A program made the translations under genes and the position numbers. Positions 25,094 through 35,844 of a stretch of 64,000 nt of DNA are shown piece by piece. The stretch is taken from positions 20,584,001 through 20,648,000 of the forward strand of contig OX638153.1 in the NCBI GenBank assembly GCA_951804945.1. Reading direction: 5' to 3'. The DNA comes from Podarcis cretensis (taxonomy: Eukaryota). The notes beneath the pieces were generated by a model. That model was given only the letters and a program-made list of their open reading frames with translations, searched no databases and had not been told where the DNA came from. Each line of letters opens with the position of its first letter. Position 1 is the first letter of the stretch.

Positions 25094-28000
25094 GTAAGCT
25101 ATCAAAAACTGCTCAGCAATATCATTTCTTTCGGCTCTGAAAAATTCTTTGAACTTGTTCACACATGCATGGATATCACTTGGTTATTTTAACCTTAATG
25201 CCTTGTAGTTAAATATATGAATGGATTTAAATGACTAGCAGGTTATGTGAAAAGGCCAACTTTCTTACCTTCCTGGTCACCTTAAGGGATTTCGCTTTGC
25301 TATTTGCTTTAGTCTCACACTTAGGACTTTGCCAAACTGAACAGTAAGCCCATAATTTACCCAGTATGATCCAGGGATCGTGCCTAAAGCCAAAACCACG
25401 TACAATCAAAGCCCATTGGGTTCAGTGACAGGTGGAATTGCCAGTCATTTTTCCTGGAACCCTGCCCTCTTTCCACTTCTTAAAATAATAATATTGCCAC
25501 ACAAAAATAAAACTGAATGCACACAACTTAAATGTGCATAAATTACGAACTTACTGTATTGGCAAAACTATAATTTGACACTCATAATCTGCATAGACCT
25601 GACAAGTGATGGAACAGAATCCCTTAACTTCCTCATAACAGCCATTTTCTTGATCAATAACCCACTCAGACTAGTAGCCTTTTTCTAACATGAAAGTTCC
25701 TTTTCAAACTATTTTTTCCTGTTCAAATCAGCCTTCAAACTTAACACTGAATAGAATGACAGTATCTTGGTCATGTTTCTTAGGTTAACGGTCAATGTAA
25801 CCTTACATAATTTTGCTTTCTATTACAGCCAGAGATATATGATGGGCAAATTATTAATACTTCTGAATTCTGTGATTAATAATAACATATAATGTTAGTC
25901 TTTGTTCCAAGATGGGTGCATATAGAGCTTTCTCGGCAACACAGATGCAATTAAAAATTCCAAGCGATGCATTCTGTTCCAAGTCAGAGTCTCTGTATCC
26001 TAAATCCTAGTAACGACATTCGAGATATTTGAGCTTCCTCTGTGCCATATTTTCCCCATCTGTATCAGTTTGTCAAGGCAAAAGCTATCCAAACAGTCAT
26101 TCTCTCCAACATCTATATATGACTGTCAAAATACCCTAACTCAGCAAGCATCCTATCAGCAGCATATCCCCTTCCCCATTTTGGTCCAGTCACCAGGGGG
26201 GTATTCATTTTTGCTTCAGCAATAAAAAAACAACAACCAAACCCCAACAAATGTAATGGAGTTTATTTAGACCCCCTTGCTTTAAGTAAGCAAGTTTTAA
26301 ATCTATCGTGTGCATTCCTGTAATGTAAGGTTGATGTTAATGGGTTGTAAAGTGGGTAATAATTTTCTTACTGGCCCCTTCAATCAGATTAGATCATGTT
26401 ATTGACCATGCTGTTCGTTTTATAACCACAATCATATTGTGGAGGAAGATCTTTGGCAAGTTGCACATTTATAAGTGTCCATTAAGGCAAAGAATGACAG
26501 ATTTGCACATTTGGCATTTTTTAAAAAAATGTCCTTTCCCTGAAGACTGTTTTCCTCTCCACATCCTGAATTAGCATCTTTACATCCGTCTCAGGTTTTC
26601 ATGCTGTTCAATAGCTGATTGTTCAGAATACTTATTTTATAAGGCAAAGTTATTAGTCACATTTTAAAAATATATATCCTCTTTGAGCCATTTTGCTTAT
26701 GTTCATCTTCTTGCTCTTTATTTCCCCTTTCAGTTGAACTGTGTCTTTACTTTTGTTTAGATAATGCTGCCGTATTTGTTTAAATGTTCTCTTAAAATAG
26801 CTCCCCTGCACCCCAAATTATATACAATCCTATTCTCTCTGTGACTTCCCTTTTTCATTATATTGAAAATAGTTACCAATTACTTCATTAATTATTTCCA
26901 TTTCATGTTCACTTCAAAGTAATGGTGTATTTAATTTAATAGTGTATTCAATTATGATTTCAACCATGTTTCAATCTCTATATTGAGGTTTTAGTTTAAA
27001 CTCAAATAAATTCTCCAATAATTTGTCTAATCAACTTTTAAAGCTATGTAAGCCGGTAGTTATCTCCACATCTTGTAGTACTGAATTCTACCAGTTGGTT
27101 TATTAGGAATTTTGTGCCTATTAAACTGCAAACTATTTAAAAAAGAACTTTTAGTTGATTAATCTGTGTTTTGACTGAATTAATTGATTAGATGTAAATC
27201 AATTTATAGATTATTTACAACATTTCCTCTGTCCTCTGGGCAGTTTACAAAACTCAGTAATAAAATAAAAAATGCAAGCAAAATAAATTTAAAAGCAATG
27301 AAAAACAATAGTACGTAACCAACAATGTAAAAATAAACACAAAGCTAGCATAAATCAATATGGCAAAGTTACCATTCATTAGAACTAAATGCAACCTTTG
27401 TTCTTTGTATGTGCAAACTTGTATTGGTTTTATAACTAGTTTACAATAAAACCATTACCACGCACCAAAACCTGTCCCTTTATTTTGGACACATCAGCTG
27501 CTCCCATCTATTCACTCCACAGCTCTCAAAAACAGACTTCTTCTCTTTATACATGATTGGTTTAGACCTAGTCTTCTGCCATCATCTCTGATTTGGCCCT
27601 TTGCCATTCCTGATATTAAAAGTAAATTTAAAAGAATGACTCTCCAACTGATGAATGTTGGGTTACTGGTTGCTGAAATGGATATACCCAAGGAAGACTA
27701 GTTGGAACAGTTCTTTCACTGAATCCTTTGCCCTAATACTGACTTTCTCTTGCATAAAGAGCAGGAGGCTGCTAGCATGTTACTATAGCTCCCAAACTCT
27801 AGGAGACAATCTAAGGGCATTTCCAAAAGGGCCATTTCCTCTACCACAGCCCTCTTAGCCAACAAGGCAAGCTGCTTTTAAATCTGAGTTGTAGTTTGTC
27901 TCATTTACTAGGAAAGGTGGTTTCTTTTCTAGAAAATAATTTTATTTACTTCAGGAACACTCATTTGGGAAGTGTGAGATGAAAATATATCCCCAAACAA

Positions 28001-28136
28001 ATGCCCATTCATCCTTACCTTCCTTGTCAATGGAGATTTTACTTAGACGAATGGAGTCCAATAGATTTGAATCAAAAGGAAAATCAATGAATGTATGGTT
28101 GGTGTTGGGTTGTTGACAAATCCTTGATGTTTATAG

Positions 28137-28297
28137 GTTTGTTTTCATCATTGGCACATCAGTAGCACTGGCTTTCCATGTGATGATGAAAAGAGGAGTG
28201 AGCCGTATCCAGCTCTTGCGTAAATTGACCTGGAGGACTGTGATCTTACTCTTGATGGGACTCTGCTTCCTTAACTATGGACCAAGAGATGGTCCAT
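28137..28297 (+). CDS. HGSNAT: HGSNAT-like exon (equivalent to exon 10)
   Basis: ttatag|...|gtaag, 161 bp. Encodes FVFIIGTSVALAFHVMMKRGVSRIQLLRKLTWRTVILLLMGLCFLNYGPRDGP. Confidence 0.92.
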
Positions 28298-28486
28298 GTA
28301 AGTATAATTGCCTTTCGGTCGTTAGTGTTTTTATCATACAATCACGTACAATATCCACACTTATCTTTCCTCCGTGCTTTCCAGGCATGGCTTGTGCTTT
28401 AAATCTCTATGGCCAAGTGCCCCCTGCTCCCCCCTTTTTTTGCTGTGGGGCATTGCTGGCCCTGCCCCCAGTGTCTCTGTGCAGTT

Positions 28487-28928
28487 CTGGGATATTCTGT
28501 CCAGTTCTGGTTGCTGCAATTTAAGAAGGATATTGACAAGCTGCAACATGTGCAGACGAGAGCCACCAAGATGATAAGAGTCTGGAAACCAAACCTTATA
28601 AGGAATGGTTGAGGGAACTGGGTACGTTTAGCCTGGAAAAGAGGAGACAGAGAGGAGATATCCATCTTCAAATATCTGAAGGAGTGATACACGAAGGATG
28701 GTACATGCTTGATTTCTGCTGCTCCAGAGGGTGGGACCCGAACCAATGGCTTCAAGTTACAATAAAGAAGATTCCAACTAAACACCAGGAAGAACTTTCT
28801 GACAATAGGTGATGCTTTGCAATGGAACGGACTCCCTCAGGAAGTTTTGGAGACTCTGTTTCATTGGAGGTTTTTAAGCAGAGGTTGGATGGTCATGGAT
28901 GATTTAGTTGAGATTCCTGCATTTCGCG

Positions 28929-28962
<34 letters not shown>

Positions 28963-28989
28963 ACTAAATGACCTCTACAATCCTATGAT
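28487..28989 (+). mobile_element. CR1 LINE 3' fragment
   Basis: YSVQFWLLQFKKDIDKLQHVQTRATKMIR and LRELGTFSLEKRR, followed by the CR1 3' UTR; (GT)n inserted at about 28930-28960. Confidence 0.88.
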
Positions 28990-29805
28990 GCCTGCTCCCT
29001 CCCCAATCTTCTTGTGTTTAGAGAGAAGGTTTATGGGGCCTCATGAGCACATATGACTGAGTTCCTCATAGCAAGGAGACTTGTAACATGTTTGCAACCC
29101 ACTTCAGATCGTCCTGCTCAGAAGGGGAAAGTGAAGAGCCTCCATGTGGCCTTTTGAATTCACGAATAGGACTATTATTTTCCCCAATGGTGCATTATTA
29201 TCTCCATCTGCAGACAGAAGATCTAGGCTTTAAAAATAACAAATGGTTAAAACCATTTATTGAGTGGGGGACCCTACTATGCTTTCTAAAAAGAAGTCCC
29301 TGGTGGTTTTTTTTTTTTTTTTGGCCTTTTGAGCAATAGTTGCTATAGTTTTATTTGCTTGTTTTGCTAAATACACAACAGTCTGCAACAGCAAATTACA
29401 ACTTTGCATTCACCAGCAGAACATATCTAGTTATTGCCTATTAAAGTCCCAGCAGCTGGTGCTGGGCATGTCAACTGTTAACACTTTTCTGCTTTCAGCA
29501 AAAATGGCTTGCTAATTTAGTTTGGCAAAACAGAGAGGTACTTTTAGTGACAATAATCTGATCTGGAGACTTTTAGAAACAACAATTACCAGACCGGAGG
29601 TGTCTCATTTCTGCTGCCCCCAATGGCAAATCCTGTAAGCACTGGAAGTATTTGGGAAAGGCAGCAACAGTCATGGTGGCATAACACCCTGTGTGGATCA
29701 TTTATTTATCAGAATGCTTTCTCCTCCCTCCCTCCCTCCCTCCCTCTCTCTTTTGGCTGTTACATGCAGCATCCATTTTCCAGCAGAAACCAAAGACAGC
29801 TCTTT

Positions 29806-29844
<39 letters not shown>

Positions 29845-29928
29845 TTATTATTTATACCCCGCCCATCTGGCTGGGCCTCCCCAGCCACTCTGGGCGGCTT
29901 CCATAAAAAGCAAAAATACAATAAAATA

Positions 29929-32900
29929 TCACACGTTAAAAACTTCCCTGAACAGGGCTGCCTTAAGATGTCTTCTGAATGTCAGGTAGTTGTTAATCGC
30001 TTTGACATCTGCTGGAAGGGCGTTCCACAGGGCGGGCGCCACTACCGAGAAGGCCCTCTGCCTGGTTCCCTGTAGCTTTACTTCTCGCAGTGAGGGAACC
30101 GCCAGAAGGCCCTCGGCGCTAGACCTCAGCGTCCGGGCAGAATGATGGGGGTGGAGACGCTCCTTCAGGTATACTGGACCGAGGCCGTTTAGGGCTTTAA
30201 AGGTCAGCACCAACACTTTGAATTGTGCTCGGAAACGTACTGGGAGCCAATGTAGGTCTTTCAAGACCGGTGTTATATGGTCTCGGCGGCCGCTCCCAGT
30301 CACCAGTCTAGCTGCCGCATTCTGGATTAGTTGTAGTTTCCGAGTCACCTTCAAAGGTAGCCCCACGTAGAGTGCATTGCAGTAGTCCAAGCGGGAGATA
30401 ACCAGAGCATGCACCACTCTGGCGAGACAGTCCACAGGCAGATAGGGTCTCAGCCTACGTACCAGATGGAGCTGGTAAACAGCTGCCCTGGACACAGATT
30501 TGATCTGTGCCTCCATGGACAGCTGTGAGTCCAAAATGACTCCCAGGCTGCGCACCTGGTCCTTCAGGGGCACAGTTACCCCATTCAGGACCAGGGAATT
30601 CTCCACACCTGCCCGCCCCCTGTCCCCCAAAAACAGCACTTCTGTCTTGTCAGGATTCAACCTCAATCTGTTAGCCGCCATCCATCCTCCAACCGTCTCC
30701 AGACACTCACACAGGACCTCCACCGCCTTCACTGGTTCTGATTTAAAGGAGAGGTAGAGCTGGGTATCATCCGCATACTGATGAACACCCAGCCCAAACC
30801 TCCTGATGATCTCTCCCAGCGGCTGCATGTAAATGTTGAAAAGCATGGGGGAGAGGACAGAACCCTGAGGCACCCCACAAGTGAGAGCCCAGGGGTCTGA
30901 ACACTCATCCCCCACCACCACTTTCTGAACACGGCCCAGGAGGAAGGAGCGGAACCACTGTATGACAGTGCCCCTAGCTCCCAGCCCCTCAAGACGGTCC
31001 AGAAGGATGTTATGGTCGATGGTATCAAACGCCGCTGAGAGATCCAGCAGAACTAGGAAACAGCTCTCACCTTTGTCCCTAGCCCGCCGAAGATCATCAA
31101 CCAGTGCGACCAAGGCAGTTTCAGTCCCATGATGAGGCCTGAATCCCGACTGGAAGGGATCCAAATGGTCCGCTTCTTCCAGGCGTGCCTGGAGTTGTTC
31201 GGCCACCGCTCGCTCAATCACCTTGCCCAAGAATGGAAGATTTGAAACTGGGCGATAGTTGGCCATCGTGGCCGCATCTAAAGATGGTTTTTTAAGAAGC
31301 GGTTTAATAACCGCCTCTTTCAGCGGGTCTGGGAAGGCTCCCTCACGGAGGGAAGCATTCACCACCCCACGAAGCCCATCGCCCAGTCCTTCCCGGCTAG
31401 CTTTTATAAGCCAGGATGGGCAAGGATCCAGGAGACAGGTGGTTGGCTTCACTCGTCCAAGCAGCCTGTCCACATCCTCGGAGGTAACAGATTGGAATTG
31501 ATCCCACTCAACTTGACTAGACAGAACTCTAGCACTCTCCCGCCCCGGCCCTGCTCCCACGGTGGAGTCTACTTCTTCCCGAATCTGAGCGATTTTATCT
31601 GCAAAAAACTTTGCAAAATCATTGCAGGAGAACATGTGGCCCGTACTGGGCCCCGATGTTGCAGGTGGTTCCACTAAATTGTGAACCACCTGAAAAAGTC
31701 TCCTGCTGCTGTTTTCTGCAGATGCAATAGAGGCGGTGAAGAAATTCTTCTTCGCCGTCGCTATCGCCACTTGGTAGGCTCGACGTTGAGCTCTAACCTG
31801 TGTCCGGTCAGATTCGGAATGAGTTATCCGCCACCGGCGCTCTAGCCGTCTCAACGATTGTTTCATTGCCCTCAGATCCGTGGAAAACCACGGGGCTGTC
31901 CGGGCTCCATGCAATCGGAGAGGGCGCTTCGGAGCCAAACAGTCAATAGCCCTGGTTAACTCCACATTCCAGCGGGCCACCAGGGAATCGGCTGAAAGGC
32001 CATCAACATGGGATAAAGCATCCCCTACCACTCTCTGGAAACCATTTGGATCCATTAAGTGGCGGGGGCGGACCATCCGAATTGGTCCCACCTCCCTGCA
32101 GAGGGGATGGGTCGCAGAGAAGTCCAGTTGCACCAGGAAGTGATCTGACCATGGCACTTCTTTCGTTTCGCTTTTACTTAGTGTCAGATCACCAACATCC
32201 ATAGAGGTAAACACCAGGTCCAAGGCATGTCCGCGACTATGGGTTGGGCCAGACTTATTCAGGGACAGCCCCATGGAGGCCATGCTTTCCACGAAGTCCC
32301 GAGCAGCCCCTTGTAAGGTCGTGTCGGCATGGATGTTAAAATCCCCTAGGACGACCAAGCTAGGTGTCTCCAGGAGAACATCCGCCACGACCTGAAGCAG
32401 CTCGGGCAGGGAATCCTTGGTGCAGCGGGGAGGTCGGTACACCAAAAGGAATCCTGTACTGCCCCTATTGCCCAACTTCCAGAACATGCACTCGGAAAAC
32501 TGGGTCTTCCCAATAGGACGCCTGGTGCAAACTAATGACTTCCTAAAAATCACTGCAACCCCCCCTCCCCGCCCACATGACCTGGGTTGCTGTGCGTAAG
32601 AGAAACCTGGTGGACAAGCAGCGGCAAGGACAGGCCCATCTGCTTCATCCAACCAAGTCTCTGTTACACATGCCAGGTCAAGTCCTCCATCCATGATCAA
32701 GTCATGGATGGCAGTAGTCTTATGAATCATTGACCTGGCATTGCACAGCAGCACCTTCAGGTCATGTGGGTATCCCTTGCTGATTCTAGTATCCATCCGG
32801 TCAGGACCAGACCCGGAGGCAGGGATAGTCCTCAGACAACGATTAAACCTGCCTCCTCTGTAATGACATGGTCTGGTCTTAGCGTAACTCCTCCTCCTAC

Positions 32901-32961
32901 CCGTGATCACTGAGATCGGTTGTCCCAGTGCATCCCCCCCTGTGGAACATGCCCCAGCCAT
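29929..32961 (-). CDS. L2 LINE ORF: apurinic-type endonuclease + reverse transcriptase (about 1010 aa from the first ATG)
   Basis: APE motifs LLCNARS, VTETWL, GDFNIH, SDH; RT motifs NYRPVSNL, LLDLSAAFDTI, GVPQGSVLSP, YADD; L2-type C-terminus SRLDYCNAL...LQLIQNAAARL...HITPVL..LHWLP. ATG at 32961 in strong context CAAAATGG; frame open back to 33015. Confidence 0.95.
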   Translation of the reverse strand: MAGACSTGGDALGQPISVITGRRRSYAKTRPCHYRGGRFNRCLRTIPASGSGPDRMDTRISKGYPHDLKVLLCNARSMIHKTTAIHDLIMDGGLDLACVTETWLDEADGPVLAAACPPGFSYAQQPRSCGRGGGVAVIFRKSLVCTRRPIGKTQFSECMFWKLGNRGSTGFLLVYRPPRCTKDSLPELLQVVADVLLETPSLVVLGDFNIHADTTLQGAARDFVESMASMGLSLNKSGPTHSRGHALDLVFTSMDVGDLTLSKSETKEVPWSDHFLVQLDFSATHPLCREVGPIRMVRPRHLMDPNGFQRVVGDALSHVDGLSADSLVARWNVELTRAIDCLAPKRPLRLHGARTAPWFSTDLRAMKQSLRRLERRWRITHSESDRTQVRAQRRAYQVAIATAKKNFFTASIASAENSSRRLFQVVHNLVEPPATSGPSTGHMFSCNDFAKFFADKIAQIREEVDSTVGAGPGRESARVLSSQVEWDQFQSVTSEDVDRLLGRVKPTTCLLDPCPSWLIKASREGLGDGLRGVVNASLREGAFPDPLKEAVIKPLLKKPSLDAATMANYRPVSNLPFLGKVIERAVAEQLQARLEEADHLDPFQSGFRPHHGTETALVALVDDLRRARDKGESCFLVLLDLSAAFDTIDHNILLDRLEGLGARGTVIQWFRSFLLGRVQKVVVGDECSDPWALTCGVPQGSVLSPMLFNIYMQPLGEIIRRFGLGVHQYADDTQLYLSFKSEPVKAVEVLCECLETVGGWMAANRLRLNPDKTEVLFLGDRGRAGVENSLVLNGVTVPLKDQVRSLGVILDSQLSMEAQIKSVSRAAVYQLHLVRRLRPYLPVDCLARVVHALVISRLDYCNALYVGLPLKVTRKLQLIQNAAARLVTGSGRRDHITPVLKDLHWLPVRFRAQFKVLVLTFKALNGLGPVYLKERLHPHHSARTLRSSAEGLLAVPSLREVKLQGTRQRAFSVVAPALWNALPADVKAINNYLTFRRHLKAALFREVFNV

Positions 32962-33212
32962 TTTGTGGGCTGGGGCCCACTCCCCGGCAGCCCTGAACCC
33001 TCCCCCTAAGAACAAAATAACACCTTAAACAAACAAAACCAATAAAACAATACAAACAAAAAATGTAAAAATTACAAAACATCAAAAAAATAATTAAAAA
33101 ATAATAATCCCCAAACCCAACCAAACATCCATCCCACCCCCACCCCCCACATGTAAAATTTTTTTTAAAAACATTTTAAAAACACTTTGCGCCTCCGGCA
33201 GTAACAACAACT

Positions 33213-33993
33213 GTCCTAGTGAGGCCTGTCAGGCCCCGCCCTGGGCCAGGTGGTAAGTGGCAGGAAGGAGCAGGACCCTCAGGCACTCAGGGGAGTCCTC
33301 CTGGGCAGCAGGCAGCAAGCAGCAAGCAGTCCTTGTGAGGCTTCAGGCCCCGCCCCAGGCCAGATGGTAAGTGGCAAGAGCAGGGCCCTCAAGCACTCAC
33401 TCAGGGGAGTCCTCCTGGGCAGCAGGCAGCAAGCAGCAAGCAGTCCTTGTGAGGCTTCAGGCCCCACCCCAGGCCAGATGGTAAGTGGCAAGAGCAGGGC
33501 CCTCAAGCACTCACTCAGGGGAGTCCTCCTGGGCAGCAGGCAGCAAGCAGCAAGCAGTCCTTGTGAGGCTTCAGGCCCCACCCCAGGCCAGATGGTAAGT
33601 GGCAAGAGCAGGGCCCTCAAGCACTCACTCAGGGGAGTCCTCCTGGGCAGCAGGCAGCAAGCAGCAAGCAGTCCTTGTGAGGCTTCAGGCCCCGCCCCAG
33701 GCCAGATGGTAAGTGGCAAGAGCAGGGCCCTCAAGCACTCACTCAGGGGAGTCCTCCTGGGCAGCAGGCAGCAAGCAGCAAGCAGTCCTTGTGAGGCTTC
33801 AGGCCCCACCCCAGGCCAGATGGTAAGTGGCAAGAGCAGGGCCCTCAAGCACTCACTCAGGGGAGTCCTCCTGGGCAGCAGGCAGCAAGCAGCAAGCAGT
33901 CCTTGTGAGGCTTCAGGCCCCGCCCCAGGCCAGATGGTAAGTGGCAAGAGCAGGGCCCTCAGGCACTCACTCAGGGGAGTCCTCCTGGGCAGC
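33213..33993. repeat. 114-bp tandem repeat, about 6.8 copies (L2 5' monomer array)
   Basis: Period 114 (ATGGTAAGT at 33364, 33478, 33592, 33706, 33820, 33934). Near-identical units with a CCCGCCCC/CCCACCCC variant; the ORF-proximal unit is degenerate. Confidence 0.97.
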
Positions 33994-35277
33994 CCAAGGG
34001 AAGGGAGAGAAATGAGAAGGAACTAAGAACTTGGCACTTAGATTAGATATGTTTGTGACTTTTTTATTTTTATTTTTTTGCAAATCTCTGCACTTCAGTA
34101 CTGCAGGATAGCCAGTTCCAAGTGCTGAGTACTTATGGAGCCATTGTGGTATCAGCTTTCAAATCCGATCTCCACCCCCGAAATGCATTATGTTCTTGAC
34201 AGTTGCCCTTTTAAATCCACAGTGCAGTGCAGTTGGGGTCACACATATTTCTTCCTAACCACGAGTTTCTGCTTTCTTTAAAGGAAGAGCTTAATAATGG
34301 AAGCCTTAATAAAGTTCTGTATTTGCAGGATTCTGAAGCTGGATAGATGTATGGTTTCCTCTGTAGAGGACGGCACTGTGGGAGGGTGGTACTGTATTCA
34401 GATAGGTTTTCTTCAGAGTGTTGGCATCCATCTGTCTTGGGAGGAGCGCGCCTCTGTATAGCAGGGCAGGATATAAGAGACAATGGCTGTCTTAAAACCC
34501 CCAGTCCAACTCAAAATATTCAATTAAATATATTTTCCTTCAGCTTCTAGCATAGACATTTCATCCATAGCAATGCTAACTGCAATGCTTCTTCTTCTTC
34601 TTCTTCATCATCATCATCCTTGCGTTCCTTTTACAGGATTTACAGAGCAAACTCAGGCCTGTTTGCTTAGAAGTACTACGGTGTTTAGAGGACTATGTTT
34701 CCCAAAGGTGTGCAGAAGACTATAACGAAAGTCACTCCCATTGCTCTAAAAAGCACCCTACTTCAATAAGATTATCAACAGCTGACAGTCCTAAACCTAA
34801 AAGAAGCTTTAGTCTAGTGAATAAGATTAGGAAAGGGACGTGAATAATTTCTGGCAGAACAAACAACGTTGAACATCACCTTAAGTAGAGTATAAATGGA
34901 CTGCATTTCTGAAATGTAAAAGTATTTGGGCATACCAGCAGGTTCCAGTGTTAAAAAGAATTTACTGTAGCTAACAATGAATTCAGTGTTTGAGAAAGAT
35001 ACTTGGGCCTGGGAAAGTTTTGTCTGCTTGCAGTTTTAGCAGAGGACACTAATGGGTTTGAGACAGCATTGAGACAGCATTTAAAAGGGTGTTTGGATGA
35101 ATACCTTGCCTTATGATTTGTGTTGCCAAGGAAACAGGGTGTGGAATTGCCTCCATCAGACCCTAGGCCTTATTCCATCTGAATAGGGCCTAGGGTTTGA
35201 TGTATCCACATCTCAGTTTCTTACCTGTAAAATTCATGTCATTGTGACTTACTTCAAAGGGATAATGGATTGTACAG

Positions 35278-35844
35278 CATATCCTCCAAGTGCCCCTATT
35301 GTTCAGTCACAGTCCTGGAATTATGAAAGCTGTCCTGGCTTCTGATTTGATCCTGGAATGTCCCTATTTCCCCTGCCACTGCTGCCACTGCTGAGGTCGA
35401 GGAGGAGGATGAGCTGGCCCTTGTCCCAAGAAACGGTGGTGATGGCAGTGGTGTCTGCTAGGGCGTATCCCATTGCCTCTCCGTGGCCATCACTAACTAG
35501 CCTTCTCCCTTGGGCAGTTTGCAGCAATTGCTGGGGAGCAATTCAGGAGAAAAGGCTGCTCAGACCCAGCTCTGCGTGATATGTTGGCCGTGAGGTGCAG
35601 GCAGAGGGCAGGGCTGCCCCAGGTGGGAAGAAAGAGGAAATGGAGCGCAGCGCAAGGAGTCTTGATTTATTATTATTATTTTAAAAAAGCTTTGTGCATC
35701 TGCGTCTAATCTTGCCCCTTCTTCTGACAGAAAAGTCTCTGTGGGGGACAATGACCAAAAAATTGGGGGGGGCAGTTGATGAAGGCCAGTTGGAGGGGAG
35801 TGAGAAATGTCCCTATTTTCATCTGAGGAATGTTGGAGGGTATG
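35278..35844. mobile_element. hAT-like non-autonomous element
   Basis: TIRs CATATCCTCCAAG and GTTGGAGGGTATG; subterminal TGTCCCTATTT motifs as in the 42242 element; TSD not evident. Confidence 0.6.

Larger units (their letters stand above)
29807..33993 (-). mobile_element. Near full-length, probably young L2-clade LINE (single ORF, 5' monomer array, (ATT)n tail)
   Basis: Intact APE+RT ORF; 3' UTR stem GGAAGCCGCCCAGAGTGGCTGGGG...GATGGGCGGGGTATAAA followed by (TTA)n; 114-bp tandem array at the 5' end; high CpG content. Confidence 0.92.

Noticed and set aside
33213-33993. CRISPR array, or hammerhead/HDV ribozyme array
   Set aside because: Eukaryotic DNA with no unique spacers. CTGAGTGAG resembles CUGANGA but the unit has no GAAA, and I could not build an HDV pseudoknot by eye.
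29780-34020. Target-site duplication around the full-length L2
   Set aside because: The flanks (CAAAGACAGCTCTTTT and CCAAGGGAAGGGAG) share no convincing direct repeat.
33250-34026. 258-aa (+) and 222-aa (-) ORFs as real proteins or an L2 ORF1
   Set aside because: They follow from a stop-free 114-bp (38-codon) unit. There is no recognisable ORF1 domain (RRM, esterase, PHD, zinc knuckle) and no ATG in the element-strand monomers.
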